Positions 24,980 through 38,840 of a DNA stretch of 64,000 bases are shown here, piece by piece. The notes under the pieces were generated by a model. It searched no databases, was not told where the DNA came from, and worked only from the letters and a program-made list of their open reading frames with translations. Each line of letters opens with the position of its first letter. Positions within the stretch are counted from its first letter, which is position 1. Both the position numbers and the translations under genes were made by a program. The stretch is taken from NCBI RefSeq assembly GCF_006345805.1, contig NC_043002.1, positions 25,792,001 to 25,856,000 on the forward strand, read 5' to 3'. The DNA comes from Octopus sinensis (lineage: Eukaryota).

Positions 24980-25410
24980 ATACGTCAAAACATGAACATT
25001 GAAATTTCGTGGAGCACAAGGGCAGGATAAATGGTGTTTGCCTCGATACACGATATGCCCAAAGCAAAGTTGATCAAGATCCTACGTGCTAGTCTCTTCA
25101 GTGGCACTGTCCTACCACTTATATGCAAAAGGAAACAACATTGATTGACTACACAAATGACCATGGAAAGATCCATGCTAGGAATATCTTTGCAAGAGCA
25201 AATCCGAAATGAAATAATTCAAGAACGGAATGAATGATATCATCGTAGAATATCGAAAGCAGAAGTTATTGCTGAGCCAGGTGCGTCGCAAAGTTCGCAA
25301 AGAACAACTGGACCCAAACAGTTGCCGAGTGGTATCCAAGAGAGTGGAAAAGACTACTCGGGAAACCTCCACGATGATGGGAAAACCATTTAGTTTGATG
25401 CGAAAACCAT
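24980..25410 (+). pseudogene. RTE-clade LINE ORF 3' fragment
   Basis: TQMTMERSMLGISLQEQIRNE...NNWTQTVAEWYPREWKRLLGKPPR, an RTE C-terminal signature; frameshifted. Confidence 0.85.
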
Positions 25411-25514
25411 TAAGCGATTTGGAACAAAATAGAAGAGTGCAATCAAGAGATAACTGAAAGCGCATTGTGATTAACGGGGTACAACATCATTCTATAGCCT
25501 GGCTGAGACAGGTG

Positions 25515-25591
<77 letters not shown>

Positions 25592-26287
25592 CCAAAGGTT
25601 TCTGTTTTTCGAGTTTTCACTAATCTCTGGCAAACCCAAGGATATATTCGAAGTCATTTACTCAATATGCCGGGCAATGGAATTGAACGTCGATTCACAT
25701 AGCTTCGAGGTGAACCTTTTAACCAACGGACAAGTCGACTCCAACATGTTTGAAGATTTATAGGCGCTGTATTTTTATTGGAAAATTACCAACTAAGAAG
25801 GTGACAATAAAATTTTGCTAATTCTGTAAAATTGAAACGTAATTATTAAATGAATATTAATTATTAATATTAAATATCAACTATCAATATTATATGTTAA
25901 ACATTAACTATTAATATAGAATATTAAATATTAATTATGTATTAGTTATAACAAACTTATATTTTTATTTATTTCTTCTGTCTGCTGTCTACTTGAATTA
26001 ATTTTAACATATTTTATGTAGGAAGTAATAAAGGGGCGGCTAGACATAGTTATATTGTGAGAGATATTGAGAAAAACATAGATAGAAAGATAGACACACA
26101 GCAGTAACAATAAGATGCTTATTAGGAATAATTGTGGTAAATGAAAAAATTAAATACAAAGAGAGAAAGAGATTCAGAGAGAAAGGTCGGTATACGCTTA
26201 CATATTTAAAGCCAGTGATATAATGTTTAGTTGAAATAATGCTGGTGGCACACACACACACGCACGCACACACACACACACACACAC

Positions 26288-26335
<48 letters not shown>

Positions 26336-26589
26336 TTTTATAGTAAATAATGCCAAAACACCCAGGAGTATAATCTTAGTTCATCTAAGCAAGCTATTTA
26401 ATGATGGAGAGTGTACAACGTCTCAACATGTAGACTATGATTTCATATGCAAATTTAACAAACGGGAGGAATGAACCTCAAATATAAAACATAGAGGAAA
26501 TATGGGATATTTACCGGAGGGCGTAGAACTGCCACCATTAAGCAGTTACAAACTGGGTTAATGAATAACTTCTTCTGTTCGATAAAGTG

Positions 26590-26739
26590 TTGCTGTGTGG
26601 TAAGAAGTTTGCTTCCCAGCTACGTGGCTCCAGGTTCAGTTCCACTGCGTGGCACTTTGGGTAACTGTCTTCTGCTGTAGTCCCAGGCCGACCAAATCCT
26701 TGAGTGGATTTGATAAACAGAAACTGAAAGAAGCTCTCC

Positions 26740-26779
<40 letters not shown>

Positions 26780-26880
26780 GTATATCTGTGTGTTTTGTGT
26801 TTGTCTCTCATCACAGCTTGACAATGGGTGTTGATTTGTTTATGCCACGTAACTTAGCAGTTCGGCATACGATATCGATA
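26590..26880 (+). mobile_element. SINE-B
   Basis: gctgtgtggtaagaagtttgcttccc...gttcagttccactgcgtggcac. Confidence 0.85.
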
Positions 26881-26899
26881 CGAAAAATGCTCTCTCCCT

Positions 26900-26932
26900 C
26901 CATATATATATATAATATATATATTATATATA

Positions 26933-26998
<66 letters not shown>

Positions 26999-27033
26999 TA
27001 TATATATTATATATATATATATTATATATATAT

Positions 27034-27065
<32 letters not shown>

Positions 27066-27070
27066 CACAC

Positions 27071-27102
<32 letters not shown>

Positions 27103-27175
27103 CTATATATATATATATATATAATATATATATATATATATACACACACACAGATATATATATATACATCTGTAT
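26900..27175. repeat. Long imperfect (TA)n
   Basis: Direct reading. Confidence 0.97.
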
Positions 27176-27859
27176 AATAATCTGCTTGTTTGTTCGCCCG
27201 TCATACTTTAGTTAGTTAGAGAGCTGTTATTGGAGTGAGTGAGAGGTGGAATTAAAGTGAGAGAGAGAGACAAGGAAGAGAAGCGTGAAGAAAGAAAAGA
27301 GGATGAAGTAGAGAAAAGTGATTAATATTAATACTCTTAGGCCAAATGTGTCATATGGTCAGCTGAAAGTAGAGGCGATGAACAAGAGAAAAAGATGGCG
27401 AGAGAAAAAGAGGGAGAGAGAAGTGTTAATGACGTGCGGTAAGGTGGGTAAGGAACACTTATTACGTGGTTTAAAAGCGAGCAGAAGGAAAAGATGAAAA
27501 GAAAGGGATATGTTTAGAATACAGTATTTAGCAGAGAGTGATGTTCTGGTGGTGAGATCAGAGAAAGGTAGATAGAGAGAGATGGACAGGTGAGGCAGTT
27601 ATAGCAACCATTGCTTGATACATGCGCATAAGTGCAATTATTTATTGTCTGTTTGTTTTCAAAAAATTGGTATTTTTTTATATGGATTAATTTAGCTTAA
27701 ACTATGGATTCACAAGAAACACGGTTGCAAGCTGCCGGAAAGGAGACACAGATATAGAGCACGGATCAGACAGGAACAGCGAGAAGATATAATAAAAAGA
27801 GAAAAAAAATACGGCATCGACGAAGACGTGAAGTAATGAATGTAAACGAACGTCAAGTA

Positions 27860-28000
27860 TGTTTAAAGGAAGCTAAACTATGAAAGCTTCGGTGAAGAAG
27901 TTCTTCGCTTTGAGGTACAAGAACTGGTATCAGCATAGGATCAAAGAACTGGTAAAAAGGTGGTTTCAGACGGTGCTACTCGATGGTTCTACTCTGAATG
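27860..28000 (+). pseudogene. Mariner transposase C-terminal fragment
   Basis: KKFFALRYKNWYQHRIKELVKRWFQTV resembles the mariner FY..GI..L..RW..V motif. Confidence 0.6.
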
Positions 28001-28029
28001 CTAGGCTGCTTTTATTGTATTTACGTATT

Positions 28030-28335
28030 TATGCGCCCTTTTCAAGCCTAGCCAGGCTCATGGGCCCGGTTTCTCGGTTTCTATGGCGTAAGTGTTTCCC
28101 TCAGCTGGACGGGATGCCAGTCCATCGCAGCGTTACTCAAGAAACAGGAAGAAAGAGTGAGGGAAAGTTGGCGCGAAAGAGTACAACATGGGTCGCCACA
28201 ACCCCCTGCCGGAGGCTCGTGGAGCTTTAGGTGTTTTCGCTCAATAAACATGCACAACGCCCGGTCTGGAAATCGAAACCGCGATCCTATGACCGCGAGT
28301 CCACTGCCCTAACTGCTGGGCCATTGCGCTTCCAC
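28030..28335 (-). mobile_element. SINE-C
   Basis: gggatgccagtccatcgcag tail; tRNA-like head at 28255-28335. Confidence 0.85.
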
Positions 28336-28399
28336 GCTTTTATTGTACCTTGACGGATAAAGCAGATAAGTTGCGAAAATACTGCACAATTTTTGATTC

Positions 28400-29254
28400 C
28401 ACACGATATATTATATAGCTACAGAAACAATTACGTACATCGATGCTCGCACATTCGTACACACACACATATTCGCACGTACCCACACACGCATGCAAGC
28501 GCAAACACACGCACACACACACACACACACGCACACAACACAAGCAGATATAGATACGCACGTGTACATATGCGCTTAAAATCCCATTCTGGCACACTCG
28601 TACACATGCACACACATAGGCAGACAAAACGCATCTTAATTCATGTAGTTAAACCTATAATGCGTATACAGCTATAGAAAGTAAATGTATATATAAGCAT
28701 GAAAAAAAAAAAAAACTTAATTGAGATGAGTACGAATATAGCGAAATTATAAATGAAAATATAAATTGAAAATAAATAATTTTGAAGCAAACATGAGTTT
28801 GAAAGCAATGAAGCATGATACATGAAGCAGTATAGACGAATACAGGAAAGAATCGGAAATGAAGATATGGTAGTTAGAGGGGATTTCACTGCGAAGGAAA
28901 ACGTGCAATGCAGTATATACACGTATAGACACACTGTATAAAAATATGAATGCAAACATATACATACGTGTGGATGTTTGCACGTACTCATCTGTAACAA
29001 CTCACACACACACATGCACACACACATATGCATATATATATATATAATATATATATATATATACATGCATACATATATATATACATATATATACACACAT
29101 ATACATATGCATATATATATATATATATAATATATATATATATACATGCATACATATATATATAAATATACATATATACACGTATGCATATACATATTTA
29201 AATAGATATATGTATATAGGTATACATATGTAAATATATACATATATAGATACA

Positions 29255-29293
<39 letters not shown>

Positions 29294-29740
29294 GTGTATA
29301 TGTTTATATATATATACACACATATATATACATATATAAAACAGCATGGATGTATATAATACGTATGAATATGCATATATTTACATATGAATATGTGTAA
29401 ATATACGTGAATATACAGATATGCATACATAAACATGTATGTATGCCTACACACATGCAATATATATATATATATAATCGTGGGCACGCACCTATTTAAA
29501 TGCATATGTATTCATTCATGCATTTTATGCTCATGGGCACTCGTACGTGCACATGTATAGATACACAAATATATATATCTGCACTTACATATATGGATGT
29601 GCGAATGCACTAACATATGCATACTAGGAAATAGCTATTCTACCATATGCATGCACATCCACCTCTATGCATGCGCACATGCAAATATACACGAGATCAA
29701 TTTCCTCGTATATTCACTCAGTCATATTAAACTAAGATAA
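28400..29740. repeat. Degenerate TA/CA-rich microsatellite field
   Basis: Direct reading. Confidence 0.85.
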
Positions 29741-30083
29741 CGTACTCTTTCAGTATCCTTTTAGATCCCTAGCAGCAAATTCTTATGAATAGATTTTGGG
29801 TATATTCCCTATGAAAAATTTTTTTTCCTTATATAAGTTTATATACACTAGCCATCATTATTATATTCTTCACTATCGTCGAAAAAATAGGAATTGTGAA
29901 ACTCGAAGTAAGAGTTAGAGAACTTATAGGCTTCTGATAATTATAATGAATTATTGGAAACTCTTGATCTTCCTTTGAGTACTCTCATTTCTCTGTGCAC
30001 ACATTTTGTGCCAAAAATATGTATACATACACACATACATGTATATATGCATGTACACACACACACATACACACACACACACA

Positions 30084-30176
<93 letters not shown>

Positions 30177-30324
30177 TACCAATTGGTGCTGAAAAGTTCC
30201 CAGCTTAATTACTAGAAGTATAGAACGGTCATTTATGACCGCATTTTCGTTTTACCTCTTAATTTCTACGACTGTATTGAATGTCCAGTTATGAGCATCA
30301 TTTCATATATTTTTGTGTGTGTGT

Positions 30325-30600
30325 GGTTAGGGCAGCGGACTCGCGGTTGTAGGATCGCGGTTTCGATTCCCAGACCGGGCGTTGTGAGTGTTTATTGAGC
30401 GAAAACACCTAAAAGCTCCACGAAGCTCCGGCAGGGGGTGGTGATCCCTGCTGTACTCTTTCACTATTCTTTCTCTCACTCTTTCTTCTGTTGGCCTGCT
30501 CGCTTAGCCAGCGGGGTGGCGTCATTTGAAGGCTAAAACAATGCGAACACATTGTGACCAGCGATGTGTAGCAACATGTGATGGTCTGGTCAGTCACGTG
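30325..30600 (+). mobile_element. SINE-C
   Basis: gttagggcagcggactcgcgg...gtttcgattcccagaccgggcg. Confidence 0.85.
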
Positions 30601-30754
30601 ATCACGTGATATATATTGTACGGAAATAAATGCCAAAAGACTGTATTTTCAAATCCTTTATTCACTACATTAGCTTATATTCAAAATAAATTGTATTAAA
30701 TAATGCCGGTCAAAAATGACCGCTATGGTCCTGGTATGAAGTAAGAAATGCTGG

Positions 30755-30890
30755 TTCTTCTAGCGTTAAGGGCATCGCGAAAGCCTGGCTGGAGGCCCAA
30801 CCTTCCGAGTTCTTTTAGAGGGCTTAGAACAATTGCAGGACCGCTGCAATACATGTGTCAGTCTGAGAGAGGAACATGTTGAATAAGATC
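30755..30890 (+). pseudogene. Mariner transposase C-terminal fragment
   Basis: AKAWLEAQPSEFF / EGLEQLQDRCNTCVSLREEHVE* with one frameshift. Confidence 0.65.
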
Positions 30891-31015
30891 ATAACTTATT
30901 GATCCTCCTGCAGTTTCTTTTTAGCCAAAGCCAAGAACTTTTCAGCACAACCCTCGTATACGCATGTAAATGTTTATGTACGTATTTATGTCTGTCTGTC
31001 TGTCTGTCTGTCTGG

Positions 31016-31110
<95 letters not shown>

Positions 31111-31144
31111 CGTTCAGAGATTTATTATTGCTTATATAAATATC

Positions 31145-31460
31145 TTTTATCTTCTATATGTTTCGGTCATTGGACTGCGGCGATGCTGGGGCGTTGCCTT
31201 GAAGGGTTTCAGTCGAACTAATCAACCCTAGTACTTATATTTAAAGTGCCACACTTATTCTATCGGTGTCTTGTGCCGAACCGCTAAGTTATATATACGA
31301 CTAGCTTCTTTCAGTTTCTGCCAACCAAATCCACTCACAAACCTTTGGTCAACTCGGGGCTCTAGTAGAAGACAGCTGCCCTAGGTGCCACGCAGAAGGA
31401 CTGAACCTGGAGCCATTTGGTTCGGAAGCAAACTACTTACCTTATAGCCACACTTGCTCC
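31145..31460 (-). mobile_element. SINE-B
   Basis: gactgcggcgatgctggggcg...ggtgccacgcagaaggactgaacc. Confidence 0.82.
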
Positions 31461-31802
31461 AATGTATGTGTATGTGCACCCAGATCTACACTTATAACCT
31501 AGGAGCGAAATATAGGGTTTCTCGGTTGAATCCATTTTTATAAAACTTTTCCCAGTTGCTTTTCACACTATGGCAGCACCATTGTTATGTTTCCATCATT
31601 CTGTGTAACGTCCTTTCGCTTTTTTATTTATTTCAGATTCTGCAGGTTTTGGGTGAACCATGCTAATAGCTTTTGAATGAAAATAGCCCATTTTGATTTT
31701 TTCCCACAGAAAATGAAGGGTAATGATAAATATTAAGCATACATTGAGTATATATTTAACAGCAAACCATAATAATATCATAACATTTATTGATATAATG
31801 AA

Positions 31803-32792
31803 TTATTTAGCCCCATGAGCACCATTTCGACGGATAACCTCAAAAATCCTATTAGTCATGGAATCTGTCAATTTCTTAATAGTAGCAGGTTGGACTGCTT
31901 CTGCTGCAGCTTTGATGGTCGTCTGTAAGACATCTTTCGACGTGAGAAGGCGTCCATCGGCATAAGCATCTTGTTTAATGATGGACCAAAGATATTCGAT
32001 AGGGTTGAGATCCGTAGATACTGGCGGCCACGCCATCAACCTTTCACCTTGTATGTTGTAAGACCCTCGTAATGTTTGGGTAGTCTTAGCTGAGTGGGAG
32101 GGAGCGTTGTTATACGAGATTCCTTAGAAGTGATTGCGGTATGTCACCTAGCCAGAGATCCAAGGCCTCCTTCAGGAGATTGCAGTAGGCGGCTGCGATC
32201 ACTTTAACCACTTCAGGCACCTTCACTTGGTTAACAAGTCTGTCCCTGATGATAACAGTCCACCATGCTGTTGACGTGGTAAAGGTTGGTGACGCTCATC
32301 TTCAAAATAGACCTAACCATTTGCCCAACCGTCAGGTCCGTCAAGGGTCGCCCTGGTTTCCTCAGTGAACAGAACATAACTCATGCCTAACATCATATAC
32401 TTTTGGGCCTATTGAAGTCTCAAACTCCCGTGACAGGATGTTAAAGGAAGCAGTTTCAAGGGTTCTCGCACAGAAGCCATGGTCCTGAGGATGCAATTTA
32501 TGGTGGTTTTCGATTCATGAGGAAGTTCGGAGTCGGTGAAAATGGTTTTGCTTGTCTGTCCAGGTTTCCCACGAAACTTGCAACCAACATTCCTTAAATC
32601 CATAGCTGTTACAGTCTGGGAGGTCCCACAATCGGTTCGTTTCTTCCTTGGCGTAGGGTCCGTCAGAAATCGCCTAACCGTGTCCATATGACGACCTAAA
32701 CTCTTCGCAATGACATGATGAGAGGTGCTTTTAGCACTTTACTTGATAACGACAGACTTTTCTTCATCGTTAAGGCCTTTGCCATGTCCCAT
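31803..32792 (-). pseudogene. Tc1/Tc3-like DDE transposase fossil
   Basis: MGHGKGLNDEEK N-terminus; VLFTEETRATLDGPDGW; NAPSH; WPPVSTDLNPIEYLW; multiple stops and frameshifts; TIRs not located. Confidence 0.88.
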
Positions 32793-33482
32793 TATATATG
32801 CATACACATACACACACATACACACACACACATTCCGACATGAGGTGGTTGAACGTAAATCGGTGTGTCGAACATACATATTCGTCGTAACGTGTTCCTT
32901 CAGACTATTTTATTAAGTTTTAAAATACAAGGCTGTTATATATTAATGAAATTAAACCAAAGATAGCTACAGTCTCTATTTAAAATTATCTATCTAATTA
33001 AATAATTTTGGTTAGAAAAATATTTAAAGAAGTGTATTAGAAGTTCTATTTAATATTCGGAGTTTTCATTTCAATTTAATATATTTGCAAAAATTACTTG
33101 TAATTATGCAATGCGAAGAATTTCAACTTTAATATGATTTCTATCTTTGGCACATTACCATATCTTTTATCAGAAAGGACCAGCCATTTAAAATCAATGT
33201 CAGAATTTTATCAGTATTTACTTTATAGAACACATAAGGAGGAAAGACAAAACTGAATACTGATGGGATTTATATGCAGAAGATAAGAAAGCAAAATCAA
33301 TTACCACAAGGCATTTTGTTCACCACTGAATAAATTCTACCAATCTACCGCGCGGAACTGAGGAAAAAATAATGTCTGTACTTACAAAATCCTACCATGT
33401 TTGTTTTTCTAGTTCTATTCTTATATCCTCTATAAAACTACGATAACTGGTAGATATTGTTCCAGCTATACGTTTATTAAAT

Positions 33483-34060
33483 TATCATCATCATCAGCCA
33501 GCAGGTGCTCTACTTATGTTCCGGAGTCAGCTTGCCAAGTCTCTGCAGTTCCCTCAGTGTTGTGCTGCATGCATACAATCATTCAAGTTCTTGTTTCTAG
33601 TTTAGTGTTTCTTTAAGTCCTCAATCCATAAACGTCTTGATGGTCTCCTACTCTCTTCCCCTTCACATCTCCACACGGACTGGCTATATGATAGCTATGT
33701 GGAATTGATTCTCGATAATAGGTATCTTTGGGCTTCCAGATTTTCTAGTGCTGCAGCGTTTGTTATCCTGTCCTTCCAGTTTATTCCACCCAACTTGCAA
33801 AAGATCCACGTCTCAGAGATAACTATCTCCATTGCTCTGTACATTGTCCAAGTTTCTGACTCGTAGACGACAATTGACTAAAAGTAACAGTTTACTAGCC
33901 TCGATTTTTTGGTGCAGTGTTATGTTTTTTTGAGTTGAAAATCTTTTTCATTTTTATAAATGTTGCTTTATCCTTATTTAGTTTTGATTAACACAGCAAC
34001 ATTTCTGATTTATTATTCGTCCCAAAATTGTTTAATCTTCTGTCTATCTACCTTTATACT
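33483..34060 (-). pseudogene. RTE-clade LINE 3' fragment
   Basis: YESETWT...NWKDRITNAAAL motifs; (ATG)n tail at 33483-33495. Confidence 0.75.
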
Positions 34061-34252
34061 AGCTTCCTTTTGTTTTGTCTTAATAAACATTCTACATGCA
34101 AACACCATTTGACTTATCTACTTAGCTATAGATTTAGCTGGTTGTCTAAATGCATGTCTTAATACATAAACAGTTGTAAGTGGATTTTTAATGATCCCTA
34201 CATTAAATATATTAACCATTAATACCTATGTGTTAATACTAGTTGATACGCA

Positions 34253-34408
<156 letters not shown>

Positions 34409-34508
34409 TAAAATTAAATGAGGGTAGAAATAGATATTAATCAATTAAAACCAGTGGCTGGGCATATTTTAAAAAATCCGAAGATTAAGAATTATATTAC
34501 ATACAAAG

Positions 34509-34958
34509 TTAAGAGGAATGGCCGCCAACGTGGACATCTAATATGCTAAAGATATACTTCAAATCGCCTTACCACGAAGAGTGTGTTCTCAAGAAAAGTT
34601 TCAGCAAAACGCCAGAATGTAAAAATGAGCAAGACAAACGAAAATATACGAAATAAAAAACGATTACCTACGTACCAATGGTTTCATTTGTTAATATTTA
34701 CGAATGTAAATATCTGCACGCTCATCAGCGTAGTCTGTCGCTTACAAAACACAATTTCCAGAAGGAAATACAGAACGCTCACCCAAAAGAGAGTATGTAT
34801 AAAGTTCTGCAAATTATATTTGGGGGTATTTTTCTTGCTCATTTTTATATTCTGGTGTTTTGCTGAAATTTTTCTTGAGAACACACTTTTCGTGGTAAGG
34901 CGATTTGACGTCTATCTTTAGCATATTGGGTGTCGACCTTAGTGGTCATTCCTTTTAA
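34509..34958. mobile_element. MITE with about 125-bp imperfect TIRs, flanked by TTAA
   Basis: Arms 34514-34643 and 34832-34953; TTAA at 34509-12 and 34955-58. Confidence 0.75.
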
Positions 34959-35009
34959 TTTTGTATGTATGTATGTATGTATGTATGTATGTATGTATGT
35001 ATGTATGTA

Positions 35010-35427
35010 TCTTATTTCTTTATTACCCACAAGGGGCTAAACATAGATGGGACAAACAAGGACAGACAAGGGGATTAAGTCGATTACATCGACCCCAGTG
35101 CGTAACTGGTACTTAATTTATCGACCCCGAAAGGATGAAAGGCAAAGTCGACCTCGGCGGAATTTGAACTCAGAACATAACGGCAGACGAAATACCTATT
35201 TCTTTACTACCCACAAGGGGCTAAACACAGAGAGGACAAACAAGGACAGACAAACGGATTAAGTCGATTACATCGACCCCAGTGCGTAACTGGTACTTAT
35301 TTAATCGACCCCGAAATGATGAAAGGCAAAGTCGACCTCGGCGGAATTTGAACTCAGAACGTAACGGCAAACGAAATACGGCTACGCATTTCGCCCGGCG
35401 TGCTAACGTTTCTGCCAGCTCGCTGCC
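35010..35427 (-). mobile_element. SINE-A head-to-tail dimer
   Basis: Two units joined at aaatacctatttcttt (about 35190). Confidence 0.92.
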
Positions 35428-35887
35428 TCATAATGTATGTATGTATGTATGTATGTATGTATGTATGTATGTATGTATGTATGTATGTATGTATATATGT
35501 ATCTATCTATCTATTTATCCACCTCTCTCTCCGTTTCTCTATCTCTCAACTCACATATATACATCCATACATACATACATACATACATACATACATACAT
35601 ACATACATACATACATACATACATACACGCACATACTGTTTCATTATAATCTGAAGCAAGTTAAAATCTCGGTACCTTCTGCCGCATGCTAAATTAGCGG
35701 TTGCTGATAAATATATAAGCCAGAAATGGAAAATTTCAGTGGATGGAATTTTAAATTCCTAACAACGTTGTCACCTGTAGATTACAAATTTCTGCAATTT
35801 ACTGTAAGAGTAAAAAGAGACAGAAAGAGAGAAGACGAAAAATGAAAAGAAGAGGAGGATATCGTGGAATGAGATAATAATAATGGT

Positions 35888-36062
35888 TTAAAACTTTGGC
35901 ACAAGGCCAGTGATTTCACAGGGAAAGACTAGTCAATTACATCGACCCCAGTGCTCAGCAGGTACTTATTTTATGGACCTTGAAAAGATGAAAGGCAAAG
36001 TCAATCTCAGCGGGATTCGAACTCAGAACGCAAAGACGGATGAAATGCCGCTAAGCATTATG
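35888..36062 (-). mobile_element. SINE-A variant
   Basis: aaactttggcacaaggcc...gattcgaactcagaacg. Confidence 0.8.
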
Positions 36063-36096
36063 TCTGGCTAATTATTCTGTCACCACGCCATTTTTA

Positions 36097-36106
36097 TACT
36101 GCTACA

Positions 36107-36176
<70 letters not shown>

Positions 36177-36250
36177 GACTACTGCTGCTACTACTGCTAC
36201 TACAGCTGCTGCTGCTACTACTACTACTACTACTACTACTACTGCTGCTG

Positions 36251-36309
<59 letters not shown>

Positions 36310-36362
36310 GCTTCTGCTGCTGCTGCTACGACTACCGCTGCTACTACTACTACTGCTGCTAT

Positions 36363-36424
<62 letters not shown>

Positions 36425-36515
36425 AGATGAAGATGGAGATGAAGAAGATCAGGATAATAAAAAAGAGGAGGAGGAGAAGAAGAAGAAGAAGAAGAAGAAG
36501 AAGAAGAAGAAAAAG
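36097..36515. repeat. Compound trinucleotide array (CTA/CTG)n then (GAG/GAA)n
   Basis: Direct reading. Confidence 0.97.
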
Positions 36516-37103
36516 AATTGCTAAATTGTTAATAAGGTTTTTCTTTCTAACTCCAACGGGGGTTTTAGATATGAAGATTAGAGGAAAAAATAAGAGGGAG
36601 AGGACGGGAGAGAAAGGGAGAGTGAAATAGTGTAGAGAGAGAGAGAGAGAGAGAGAGAAGAAAGAGAAAGGAAAGAAAAAGATAGTGAAGGTGAGATAGA
36701 GATGTAGCGAAAGAGAGAAAAAGAGTGAGAAAGTGTGTGTGTATGTACGTGTGAGAGAGTGTGTATGCGCACGCGCGTGTATGTGTTTGAGAGAGAGAGA
36801 GAGAGAAAGAGAGAGCGAGAGTAAGAGAGAAAGAAAGATAACAATGAAAGGCAGAGACTGACTGGATAATGTGTTCATGTCAAAACTCAAGCAGTAAAGT
36901 CTTTGATGAAATGGTTGGAAAGTAAAGTTTATTGTTTTTATAACGTTTGTAGATTCTTAAAAAATAAAAATTAGGATGAAGTATGCAGCTTCTTGGTTGG
37001 TGGTTATAGATCGGAAAAACGATAGTTTTTTAATGGATGGGTTAGAGCGAAATAAAACTAAAGGGTTCGTCTTTAGCGTAAATCAATTTTAAAAATAATA
37101 CGT

Positions 37104-37197
37104 ATGAATGATGACGATGATGATGATGACGATGATGATGATGACGATGATGATGATGACGATGATGATGATGACGATGATGATGATGATGATAATG

Positions 37198-37257
<60 letters not shown>

Positions 37258-37262
37258 TAATA
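37104..37262. repeat. (GAT/GAC)n grading into (AAT)n
   Basis: Direct reading. Confidence 0.97.
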
Positions 37263-37265
37263 ATA

Positions 37266-37950
37266 AATGCCCTGATGCAGTGCCAGGCAGTGGCTCTCAT
37301 GGCTTCTGATCTTAACTGATTGGAAGTGTCATCATGTACATTGTTTTGTCTTGGTATAAAAGATGGGCTACAGCAAATATTCTGCTCAATACCACAGATT
37401 TGCTTGTCAGTTGTTTGACCTTAACCAGTTGAGAATGTCCCTTAGTGGCTGACAATACGTGCATCTCTGATCACGAGCAGAAGTAGTGGGGGAGCATCAT
37501 AGCCATGTATTGAGAGGGATTCTTTGGAGTTTGAATAATTCACCTCTGGAAACATGGGTGTTTCGTTCAACATCCTAAAGCAACCCTTATTCAGGGACCT
37601 TTTGAGCAGGATGGGCTACTCGACCTGAAGAAAATTCTAACTGGGCCCCACCTGCAAGGTCATGTGCTGTTTATCTTGATATTAGATCACCATGTCGCGC
37701 ACATATGGTTGTGATGCATGTGCCTGGTGTACCCTTATCAGACGGGTAGTCATGAGGGCTTCGTATATTTTACCCCAGTGTCACTTTGATGGCATGCACT
37801 GCTCTCTCACTCAATGATAATAATAATAATAATAATAAGGATTCCCTGATGCAGTACCAGGCAGTGGCTCTTGTGGCTTCTGATCTTAAGTGGATGGAAG
37901 TGTTATTACGTGCATTATTTTGTCTTGGAATAAAAGATGGGCTACAACAG
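37266..37950. mobile_element. Unclassified interspersed repeat (about 550 bp) plus a partial second copy at 37840-37950
   Basis: ccctgatgcagt(g/a)ccaggcagtggctct...aaagatgggctac occurs twice, each after (AAT)n. Confidence 0.6.
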
Positions 37951-38419
37951 TGCCAGGAGATCAACATATCATCATGAAAAAAAGAGAAAAGTTGATAAAT
38001 CTGAACACCTTAAGTCTCCCTAAGGAGCCTTGTCTACAGCATGCTGATAGAAGATTTATCAGCATGCTTTAGACTGCCACAAGGGCTCCTTAGGGAGACT
38101 TAAGTTAAACATGTGGTAATCCATACATACATGTTGAAATGCATGATACTAAAATACATATATGCAGTTATATATAACCGTATGAGCGTACATTGTTTGA
38201 TACGAATGTATGTGTAGATGTATATGTGTGTGTGTAGGTGTGTGTATGTGTTGCGTGTTGTGTATATTAGTGTATATGTATATGCATGCATATATGAGTA
38301 TGTGTAGATATATGTATGTATTGTATATGTATGCATGTAAAAAAAAAGAAAATTTTTTCTGATCCTGCATATGTCTGATAGACAAACACACACGCGTGCA
38401 CACATACATTCATATAAAT

Positions 38420-38462
38420 GTACATATCTATCTATCTATCTATCGGTCTGTCTGTCTGTCTA

Positions 38463-38493
<31 letters not shown>

Positions 38494-38503
38494 GTCTGTA
38501 TGC

Positions 38504-38573
<70 letters not shown>

Positions 38574-38582
38574 GTCTATCTA

Positions 38583-38617
<35 letters not shown>

Positions 38618-38634
38618 GTCTGTCTATCTGTCTG

Positions 38635-38697
<63 letters not shown>

Positions 38698-38740
38698 GTC
38701 TATCTATCTATCTATCTACCTACCTATCTCTCTCTCTATT

Positions 38741-38814
<74 letters not shown>

Positions 38815-38840
38815 CCTACCTATCTCTCTCTCTCTCTATT

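Noticed and set aside
26500-26560. EGF-like CNCL(N)GGS on the minus strand
   Set aside because: Needs a frameshift and a substitution and has no further cysteines; likely chance.
36141-36890. 249-aa poly-V/A/L ORF
   Set aside because: Read-through of compound trinucleotide repeats.
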